Source: Pelomyxa schiedti (lineage: Eukaryota > Protista > Evosea). From it: DNA of 40,482 nt. The position numbers and the translations under genes were made by a program. The stretch spans positions 1 through 40,482 of the forward strand of contig JAHLWZ010000770.1 in the NCBI GenBank assembly GCA_020536535.1, read 5' to 3'. Shown here in pieces: positions 1-9,553 of the stretch (position 1 is the stretch's first letter; every line of letters begins with the position of its first letter). Under the pieces are notes generated by a model. That model worked only from the letters and a program-made list of their open reading frames with translations, searched no databases and was not told the origin of the DNA.

Positions 1-64
1 AAAACCGTCTCTGGAGTCTCAGTGAAATGATTGGCTATGAGTTTGCCAGCAGCTTCGAGAATAG

Positions 65-69
<5 letters not shown>
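1..69 (-). repeat. Inverted exact copy of THUMP copy-1 segment 2563-2631
   Basis: 1-69 is the exact reverse complement of 2563-2631, carries the copy-1 alleles, and joins the (GTT)n tract through GTTGTT microhomology. Confidence 0.95.

Positions 70-135
<66 letters not shown>
64..135. repeat. (GTT)24 microsatellite
   Basis: Perfect trinucleotide run of 72 nt, probably in a DERA intron. Confidence 0.98.
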
Positions 136-172
136 AGAGTGTGGGATATGGGCGAATTTGACTTGGGAATAG

Positions 173-1188
173 GAGTCCTGTGAGGCAAGATATTCTTACC
201 AAGTTGGGGTTCAATGGGAAGATTACTGTTGGCGCCGTGTGCGTGTACCCAAGTAGGGTCAAGGATGCCGTGGCTGCCCTTAAGGGGTCTGGGATTCCTG
301 TAGCGAGCGTAGCGACTGGCTTCCCATCTGGCCAGATACCTCTTGAGCTTAGACTTGGTATTCCTGCTGTTGGCAATATCTTCCTACTTACTCTGCATTT
401 CAAGCTGAAATTAAGCAAGCTGTGGCTGATGGCGCGAGGGAAATAGACATCGTCATCAATCGTCACTATGCACTCACCGGGCAATGGAAATTGGTATTTT
501 GAGCACTTAATACTTTGATGACTTTGACAATGTGAAGCTCTACGATGAAGTGAAGCAAATGCGAGCCGCCTGTGGCGAAGCTCATTTGAAAACGATTCTG
601 GCCACTGGGGAGCTTGCCACTCTGACAAACATTAGGTTTCCCTTGCACAAGTTTTTCTGTGTCTCATTGTCTTCCAGGAAAGCATCCCTTGTGTGCATGA
701 TGGCTGGTGCGGACTTCATCAAGACGAGCACTGGTCTTCCATTTTGTCTTTGGAATTTTTGGGTAATATTCTTCGTAGGCAAAGAACGTGTCAACGCCGT
801 GATTCCAGTCGGAATTACAATGGCCCGAGCAATACGAGATTACTACATGAGGACTGGTTACAAGGTACCAGCACTTTTGAATGTATCCTTAATCTTTGCT
901 GATAAACCAACAGGTAGGGTTTAAACCAGCCGGTGGGATAAGGACCGCCAAAGAAGCCACCAATTGGCTTGCCATGATGAAAGAGGAACTCGGTGACGAG
1001 TGGCTCAACAACCAGCTCTTCAGGTTATCTTTACCTCCTTGGAATCTCCAAATAGCCTTGTTCCATAAATTCAATAATGACCATTGTTTAGGTTTGGAGC
1101 CAGTTCCCTTGTGACAGATCTCGAGCGTCAGTTGTGGCACAATGCAACTGGTGAATATGCCGCAGACCACTACATGCCACTGGGCTAG
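173..1188 (+). CDS. DERA: Deoxyribose-phosphate aldolase, 5'-partial, 6 short introns
   Basis: Spliced exons give AVCVYP, VATGFPSGQ, GAREIDIVINR, HLKTILATGEL, GADFIKTSTGK, VGFKPAGGIR and FRFGASSL. Stop TAG at 1186-1188. The N-terminus is absent from the window. Confidence 0.95.
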
Positions 1189-1400
1189 ACACACTACTCA
1201 AAAATCAACCAGCAATTGGAGAAAAGAAACGAACCATTTTGACAGCCTTAACTTGTTGGACTTGTTTCATGGGATAAAGGCCAAACTCAGAAGTGGCTCC
1301 CGCACTAGTCGTACATTTGGGTGTAGTTGTTGTCGTGGTGGTAATACGTATTACCATCCTCAATCAGTACGTGAGGTTCGCTGAAAAGGAAGCGACGAAA

Positions 1401-2962
1401 ATGCAAGGCGCAGAAGAACACGGTGCACCGACGCGGGAGTCGGGAGATGCAGGAGATGCGGTGTTGCCTCAAATACGACGGGGTGATGGTGGTGACACGG
1501 GACCTGGGACTACGAGGGCAACCGAGCCAACAATAAAGAAGAGGAGGTCCGTAGTTGTTGCTGCCGAAGGTGGTGGTGATGCCACAACCACAACCACCAC
1601 AACAACACCAACAGCAGCAGGGCCCGCGTCCACTGCATCCGCTTCGGTGTCGCGGTCACAGGACCCGAGCGTCACCACCATCACGCCGGGAGGAGCAAGT
1701 ACATCGGGATGTTGTGCAGCAACAAGTGGCGCGACGGAAGTTACTGCTGATGGCACGACGAATGAGGGTGGACGCAAAACCAGTGCTGCTGCGGCTCCTC
1801 AGAAATTTAAACCTGCACGCCCACCAATGTTGGCAGTACGATCTTTTACTTTTTTTTTTTTTTTTTTGTTTTGTTTTGTTTTGTTTTGTTTGTTCTGTTT
1901 GTTTTGTTTCTTATTACCCTCTTTCCTTTTTTTATGTATGGTTGGGACCTAATTACCATTTGGTAAACATTGCAGAAGCACACGCAGCTGTTTTACAACA
2001 CCAAGGAGAATCCAAGGGGCTTTATTATAACACACCAAGTAAGTCGAGGTGCTCAGGCTGTGAGTGAGTGCTCCCAAATGTTGACCCGTGTTTTGGTGAA
2101 AATGCAATCCCAAAGTACTACATGTGCAGAACTGCAGCCATCAACATCTGAAACATCAAATACAACCACACCTACACCCACTACCACTGCGACAACTTCC
2201 AGTAGTGCGCCGCCACCTTCAACTGCGGCAAATACAACTATTGATTCACCCCTTGACTCAACAACAACACACGGCCGCAAGTTTCAGGCAATCCTTTTTA
2301 TTCCTCCTCCATTTCCACCTAACTGTTCAAGGGCTTTAGTTCTGCCACAGTGGAGTTGAAGGAAAACTTGGAATTCGAATTATTGACAAAGCACTAGACC
2401 CTGTTGTTCTTCTGCATGCCTTGTTTGAGGATATAGCCGCAAACCCCAAAGAGTATAAAATGTATGAATCATCGCCAGCACTCTCAATCAAACCGTTCAC
2501 CATAAAGACAGAAAGGTTTGCTGCAGGATGTATCCTGCACAATCCTTTGTTGCTGCCACGAAAACAACTATTCTCGAAGCTGCTGGCAAACTCATAGCCA
2601 ATCATTTCACTGAGACTCCAGAGACGGTTTTTTTCCCTTTTGTTTGTGTTTTCTTTCACTGAAACTTCCCAGTTTGGCATTCTCTATGACTGCCGAAACA
2701 ATGAATCGTTTGAAAAAAAAGACATGATCGACAGTATTGCCAAATTGGTACCGCCATTGCACAAAGTTGATCTGGCCAATCCATCCTCCACTATCCTAGT
2801 CACTGTGCGTAACACAAATTCAGTCAACTGTATTAAAACGCACCTCAGGTGTCGAAATCGGCATGTGGAATAGGCATTGTGAGAGACTTCAAGCAATGGT
2901 GCAAATACAACGTACAGGAGATTGCCAAAAAGCTCCCACCCCCACCAACCAAAAAGCCCTAA
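1401..2962 (+). CDS. THUMPD1: THUMP-domain protein (THUMPD1/Tan1-like), copy 1, spliced, Thr/Ser-rich N-terminus
   Basis: RKFQFCHSGVEG, LDPVVLLHALFEDI, CRMYP, FGILYDCRNN, HKVDLANPSSTILVTVSKSACGIGIVRDF and KYNVQEI after splicing. Confidence 0.85.
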
Positions 2963-3051
2963 AAACAGCCCACTTCACAAAATCAAGTTCTTGTTTTTGG
3001 TAACAAAAGGGGCCAAATACTGTGTTTAATACAATGTTGGTGTGGTGCCAC

Positions 3052-3674
3052 TCAGGAATCCCCGGAAGCCCTTTTGCCGCGAATTTGCCCGAGCATTGCA
3101 TCCACAGCAGGCCGCCGTTCAAAGCACCTCTGCAGCGCCTCCCTGTCTGATGCAATCTGCTGCAAATAGCCCGTGATTAGTCCCACGAGTGCTTCTGAGA
3201 GTTCACTATCACTCGCCGTTTGTGCGCCGGTTCCAGTTGTTGCTGTTGCTGCTGCTGCTGCTGTGGTTGGTGGTGGTTCTAATGATGCCGAGGATGAGGC
3301 CGGTGCAGCGGGAAGAGCCTTTTTCAGTAGAGGGGCGACTGACTTTGGCAGGCCGGTGTTGGATGTGAGAGACGGAGGGATGAGGGTGACGCCGGATGAA
3401 GTCAAAAGCTGCGAGAAGGGAGTGCTCATTTCGCGGCCGACATGAAGGTCCATGTCAAGCAGGCTTTTGTAGCCCTTGTCCCATATACAAGGAGGGCCAG
3501 GCCCCGGCGCAAGCCGGTGATACACTGATTGGTATCCATGTTCTAGGAGCATCAGTGCCCTTTTCAGTAATAGGCACTTATCTCGGCCGGATGAAACATC
3601 TCCTTGGAGCTGAATATCTGTACCACAAAGGTAAGATTGCAAATGTTGATTTCAAGGAGGGTGGTACCTGTTGG
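3052..3674 (-). CDS. 3' part of ADP-ribosylglycohydrolase gene, copy 1 (cut by the gap)
   Basis: Closely similar to the last exon and intron of the ARH gene at 15876-16498. Confidence 0.85.
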
Positions 3675-3774
3675 NNNNNNNNNNNNNNNNNNNNNNNNNN
3701 NNNNNNNNNNNNNNNNNNNNNNNNNNNNNNNNNNNNNNNNNNNNNNNNNNNNNNNNNNNNNNNNNNNNNNNNNN
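3675..3774. other. Scaffold gap (100 N)
   Basis: Run of N. Confidence 1.
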
Positions 3775-4260
3775 TGGGAAGAAAACTAGAGTTCCCAGTA
3801 CCCAATGTATGGCAATAAAATGGCCTGCGTAAAGAACTATGAATGGATACTGTATCGGAGTATTAATTAGTAGGAATATCTTTGAAGAAGTTACCGCGCG
3901 GTGACAGGGTACAATTTGTAGTGAAACTTTACTTGTGGATATACCAAGCTATGTTTTCCGTTACTATTTTGTCACAGAACAGGAAAGCTTACCATGGTAA
4001 TGGGCTGACAGAGAAGGAGCACAGATTTGAGAATCATCCAGGTTCGGGACCACCCGGTTCCAAATCGGAAGCGGGTCGGTGTGGGTCCATCGACAAGCAA
4101 TTTCTGTTTTTTTTTGAAGTCAAACACAAGGCCAGAGGACATCCTAAATTCATGGGGTGTCCCAAGCAAGGAGTGCTCACCGTACTTAGTCACCACTACA
4201 CATCGCTATGATGGCTGAGCCACCAACGATCCAATTCAACCAACCTGTACAGCAGTTAAC

Positions 4261-4367
4261 AGGAAAAGGGGGAAAAGGGAAAAGGGAAAAGGGGGAAAAG
4301 GGAAAAGGGGGAAAAGGGAAAAGGGGGAAAAGGGAAAAGGGGGAAAAGGGAAAAGGGGGAAAAGGGA
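4261..4367 (+). repeat. Pure purine tandem repeat of alternating GGGAAAA / GGGGGAAAA (G4/triplex-prone)
   Basis: About 107 nt of only A and G, with many G3-G5 runs separated by A4. Confidence 0.95.
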
Positions 4368-4554
4368 CTACAGGGAGTATCAGCAGTGTGTAGCGGGCGT
4401 AGCGACCTACGCACTGCCCTTGTTTTTTTTCAACGCAACTGTGGATTCTGGTGATTCACCGAAGATGCCAAAGTCTTCGGACTCCAGGCGAGTTGGCAGT
4501 GAACCTTGGTTTGTCCCATTTCTTGGATTTCTGCTTCTATCATCCAACCCGACA

Positions 4555-5967
4555 ACAGGTGACCATTATTAAGGAATGCACTGTTGTACTTGCCAAAGAG
4601 CAAGAGAGGTTGTAGGTTTGTTCTTTACAAAACAATTAAAACAACTGGTGGACACTTAGAAGAAGGAAAAATATGAGAAAATACCTGAAGAACTGCAAAA
4701 GAATCTTGCAAGTAGCTTGGTTTGCTTGGGATGGTTCTATTCAAACCATTGCCTCTTAGAGTTTCCCATCATGAACAATAAAACTGTCTCTGAATGTATT
4801 AAGAAAGTGTTACAAGTACTTAAGAAAGTAGATATACCAACACTGTGGCTTGTGAGTGATGGCTTCAACAAAGGAAAAACATCAGACCCAGAACCGGAGC
4901 AATGCGGTCAATGCATCAGATTGTAGCTCCAAAGAAAGAAGTCTTTAAAGCTAAAGGCTTGACATCCTATGATACATTATTCCCATCTAACAAGCAAGCA
5001 AATGGTGAAATTGAACTTATTCATAGCTTACTTCTTGTATTCCAAAGTTTTTCCCACCACCAAAGACTCCTTAGAGGCAGTCAAGTACTTGGAGTGTGAG
5101 TAAAGTGCATACACTATTTGTTGATGATAAGCAGATCAGAAAAAATTCCACAACTCAAGGAAGCTCTAGAGTGCTTCAAGTCCGTAGCTGTAACAAAACT
5201 CACCCCCAAGAAACCAAAGGAGAGGAAAGAAACAAACAGGCAGATTATATTTGCTTACAAAAGACCATTGAAGCCTTTGAGCAGATTGCTGCTATCTTAC
5301 AGTGTGAATACAATATCATTCTTCATGATATGAAGCCTGTCAACATCGTTTCTAGAGAATACTTTCAGTCAAGCACGTGCTATTCAAGAAGTATTTACAG
5401 TATGTCAATTCATGAATATAACAGAGCAAAAGCAAGAGTATGATAGCTATTTGGCTATATGTGATAGAACTATGCATTGACAATAGTCCAAACCACAGGT
5501 GCACAACACAACAAATATGTCCGCGATAACATCGGCAGTGGATGTCTACATTTTTGTGAATATATTGATGAAAAAGGCTCTCATTGCTACCAAATAGCCC
5601 CATTCAAGTCTGAGCAAAGTTATGAAGTTCATAAGGCATCTCATAGCTAACCATCCTCTATTGTGTCTGCATTTAAAGATATCAGTCAGACAGACAGTGA
5701 TATGTCACTGTCACATTCATAGTTGCATGATGACACTACCTCTCCCAGAAAAAGGCCCCACAAACACAATTGAAAGACAGTAGCACTCCTAAAAAGCCAA
5801 GGTTAACATGGAAATGCAAGATATGTTTATGTACAGCCAATGAAAAACAACAAACTCACACAAAGTGGAGCCACAAGTTTGAGTATGTACGAGAGTATGC
5901 TTTTATTGAGAACATGCAGAAGGAACACCATATCACTGTGAAACCGAAAAGTACCCCTACTATTTAG
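4555..5967 (+). mobile_element. Degenerate DDE transposase relic, P-element/THAP9-like
   Basis: Broken frames give IKECTVV..EVVGL, LASSLVCLG..CIKKVLQVLKKVDIPTLWLVSDG and SLSTSFLENTFSQAR..TVCQF (LENTFSQAR at 5352-5378), resembling P-type RNase H motifs, plus a C-terminal CKIC..H..H. Multiple stops and frameshifts. Confidence 0.65.
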
Positions 5968-7214
5968 GATGAGTGGATTTGTTTAGAAAGTTAAGTACAT
6001 TGTTGGAATTAAACCTTCAGTTTTTCAGAGCTTTATGTTTTTACAATTTAGTGGCAAGGTGACAGATGTGTCCCAGGTCAAACACTGTTAGCCCAACAAG
6101 GGGGGCAACTGGTGACCACACTTGGTAACCTCCACAAGCCTCTGACACCTCTGGCTCCCTCACCAAACAAACTCAACCCGCCAATGGAGACTTGGTGGCC
6201 GCACAGCACACAATTGTGGTGTCAGCAGCAGCACCCACACGTCCCGGTATTTCAGCAGCAGCACTACCGGCCTTGGCGGGGGTCGTCCTATGGCTATGCA
6301 TCCCGGTCAATGTTGTGTGGGACTGGGTTGTGGCACCTAAACAATGCAATCTACACCACCGCTCCATCCCTGGTGTCGGTCCATGAAATTTCGTCAAGTT
6401 AATTTAACACACAGCAGGAAACACCATGGTGTTGGTAGAACTTGAAATGACGGGAATCTTAATACTACGTGTTGGGTCACCTACTCCTGGAGTTGGGTAA
6501 TTACAGTCGCATTGGCGTGTGTTTCAGCACTGCTGATATCCCGAGTTGAACTTTCCACAAATACTCATGAACACAGTATTTCTCCTTGGCGAAGAGCACA
6601 TGCAAGATACCTTGTATTGAACCAGGTAGTTTTGTTCTGTATCTTCTTTTACTCATTGAATAAAAAGTGTTGGATATTTGTGCAGTACAGGGGCATAGTG
6701 TTGGCACAGCTGTTTCATGTGACTCCGTTTTGCACAGGTCGAAGTGCAGTTCTCAGAAGTTGCTACTGATTGCTTCAGAGGATACTTGTGACTGGAAGAG
6801 TACAGGAGGATACTGTACCCAGATACTGTTGTAACCCAAATAATGTGTGTATTCTTTCTGTGTTACTGGTGTGGTTTTTGTTTCTGAGCCTGGTAGGGGA
6901 ATTCGAAATGGAGTTGGTGCTGGATCCTCTTCTTCCTCAACACCTTCATCATGCTCTCTTCTCTTGTTGAGACCAAGGCTGGCAAGGTATTTTACAGCCA
7001 GGCATCGCTTCAATCCCTGATGTGACTGAACTTTGGCAAAGACAAGTGATGATTATGGTGACATGTTTCTGCACAAACAGCATATCCCGTGCGCAAGTTG
7101 CATGTATAACAGTCATACCATGGCTGTAGCAAGAAAGTCTTTTGTTCTTAGTTAGTGGTGTGGTTCTTAGAGTAGTGGACCCGTGGCACTAAATGTACAG
7201 GCATTACTGAGGAT

Positions 7215-8150
7215 GCACCTTTCTATGAGTGGGTCCATGGCTATTGCAGTAGCCAGTTGCAGGTTTCTCAGGGTTACATCGCATGTTTCCCTCACCTAAG
7301 GAGAGTAAGGCAATGGGAAATAAAAGGATTTGGCGTTACTTCTGTGATTCCCTTTTTCGGGAAGTCATCACGGATAGTATTTTGTGGTGAGGTAATGGTT
7401 GCTGCCGACTTGACAAAGCCCTTTTCAGCCTTGTACTTATTCAACATTTGGAGTATCTTTTTCGGCTTGTGTTTCCTTACGTGAGGAGTATTGATTGGCC
7501 ACCTAGGAAAAACAGTGGGTTTTTTCGAATATTCTACAGTTTTAACCAAAGATTTTCTTGCTGTAACCTGGAAAGCAACTTGAAGTTGTACGTAATGCAG
7601 GGAGCGCCTGGATGTTATGTGCGAGCTTGAGGATCTTTTTTTTTTTCGGTAAAAACCTGTCAAGTCTCGTAGACTTTCGCCAAGGGTTCCAGCTGTAAGT
7701 GCTTGGTATGACTTTTCAGTTTTGCATAACCCTTTTCTAAGTAGCAGAGCCAAAGGGATTCATTCCCTCAAACCATAAACACCTTGGGGATTGTATTCTA
7801 TCTTCAGAAATAATCGTAGAACCAGCTCAGGTCGTGTCGAAATCATGCAGAGAGCACCAAGAAACCAGCAGTCGCCAAGCAAACCCTGGGGCAATAGAAC
7901 ATGAATCAATGTCACCTGATTTGGCATCATGTGAACTTTTCTATCGAAAAACTCAACTGGGGTTTTCCAGTGGATTGGGATTTGTGGTTTTGGTTTGTCA
8001 TTTTGAGTAAATCTACAAGGATTTCTAAACAAAACTCAGGAAAAAAACAAATAGACAAGTCCATACTTCGGAAGGAGGGAACTGGGAGTCCATAAAAGTG
8101 AGTACCCTGGAGGAGTGCCGCGCAATTAGTTCTTGAATGTCTTCAGTAGA
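7215..8150 (-). pseudogene. Calpain (CysPc) pseudogene fragment
   Basis: FMDSQFPP, IHWKTP, QGLLGDCWFLGAL, LWLCYLEKGYAK and SYQALTAG..LRDLTG. The V.IDD segment is missing, there is a frameshift near 7715, and downstream stops. Confidence 0.8.
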
Positions 8151-8519
8151 AGATGGGGTTGTTGGTGGAATCAACTTTGAAAAGACTGATATTTTATGCA
8201 CAAACCTTGAAGATGAGTTTTTTTTTTTTATAGTGGTACATCATTTCACACATCCACTTCAATCTATGGAGAATGGGTGAGTGAGGATGAATTTTGAAAC
8301 TTCACAGACTAGACGTTGCTAGATATCCCTGACGAAGTATTGGCAGAGTATCAACAGAAGAAGAAAAATTGGAAGACGATTGGGGAGCCAAATATTCAGT
8401 GTGGTTGACATCCAGAGGGTAGGAAATGGGAAGCATCGACGCAGTGTTATTATTTGCAAGTTGAAATGTAGCGGAACCTTCAGTGGTCGTTTTGAAAAAA
8501 TAGATGTTTTCAGTCCAAT

Positions 8520-9443
8520 ACTTGGCCTCATCAATGGTTACCTGCAATAAATTGCTGTTCCGATTCCGGTTATTGGTCCTGATACTGGAAGATGCAGATG
8601 CAGACACAGAATCCACTTTTGGTGTTGATGCCGATGTTGCGGTTTTATTGCTGCTGGTACTGGCACTGGTACTGGTACTGGTACTGCTATCTTCATCATT
8701 GGCACTGACAGGGGGGTCGCGGTACACAACCCAGTCAATGAACTGTGACCCGTCGTGCGCCTGCCGCGAAGAGGGCGCGAGGTTGGGCCTCCAGCCACGG
8801 AACGTGGAGAACTTGCACCCGTTGTCCTCGCGTCTCTGGGCCTCGGTCCACGTGTCACCGAATCCCTCAGTGCACAGAAAGGAGCACACGGCCTCGCGGG
8901 TCTTGATCGTGTTCATGTCCCCGACCAGTATGTTCACGCAGTCCCGGCATTCCGGCACCTGCAGAATTAACGCGGTTAATTTGGAATGATGGGAACGGAA
9001 AAAGGAAAAGGGAAAGGGGGAATGAAGCCGTACTTGCTGCATCATCTGTACAACGACTCTCAGCAACGGGAACGTGGGAACGAGGCAAGCCACTGTTGTT
9101 GTCAGGCCCCTCAGCTTCAACCGCGTCAAAGCGGGCCCAAGTTACCATCCTAGGCAAAGCCGATTTCCAGCTGCTGGAACCAGGAACATCAGGAGTCTCA
9201 GACAACCAGAAATCACCATGTGCCCCACTCTTGTTCCCAGTCCCAGTCCCATTATTTTGATTCGCAGTCCCAGTCTCCCTGCTGGACACACAGCACGGCG
9301 GGCCTGTGCCTCCTCAGGAGGGCCAGCGCCACGTCGCATCTGTTGCCGTTTTCGTCGTCCGCTGCGTTGGCGGACCTCAGGTTGAACGTCATCACGCTCA
9401 CCTCCGCCGCGGTGCTATTTACGGGTGTCACCGCCGCACTCAT
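8520..9443 (-). pseudogene. Endonuclease/exonuclease/phosphatase (EEP) family gene, probably defective
   Basis: VMTFNLR, GDFWLSETPDVPGS..W..ALPRMVTWARF, ILVGDMN and IDWV are present. The segment after QQG, the NTH motif and the terminal SDH were not found, and the frames are not joined by obvious introns. Confidence 0.7.
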
Positions 9444-9553
9444 TCGCCTTAATTTCGGTGTTTGATCGATGTTCTGTGCCGAACCGAATCAGATCGAATC
9501 AAATTAAGGCAACGATTGTTTTACCCTCGGCCATTCACTTCAGGTTGCGGCAT

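Larger units (their letters stand above)
1398..3674 (+). repeat. Segmental duplication, copy 1 (THUMP + ARH 3' end)
   Basis: Collinear with ~14133-16498. Substitutions and indels throughout, and the short intergenic spacer is not alignable. Confidence 0.95.

Noticed and set aside
3775-4210. ORF 3882-4211 as a gene
   Set aside because: No recognisable motifs, stops in neighbouring frames and adjacent to the gap. Left unassigned.
4261-4367. Telomeric repeat
   Set aside because: Internal, short, and A4G3-5 rather than a T-containing G-rich repeat, with no evidence of a chromosome end.
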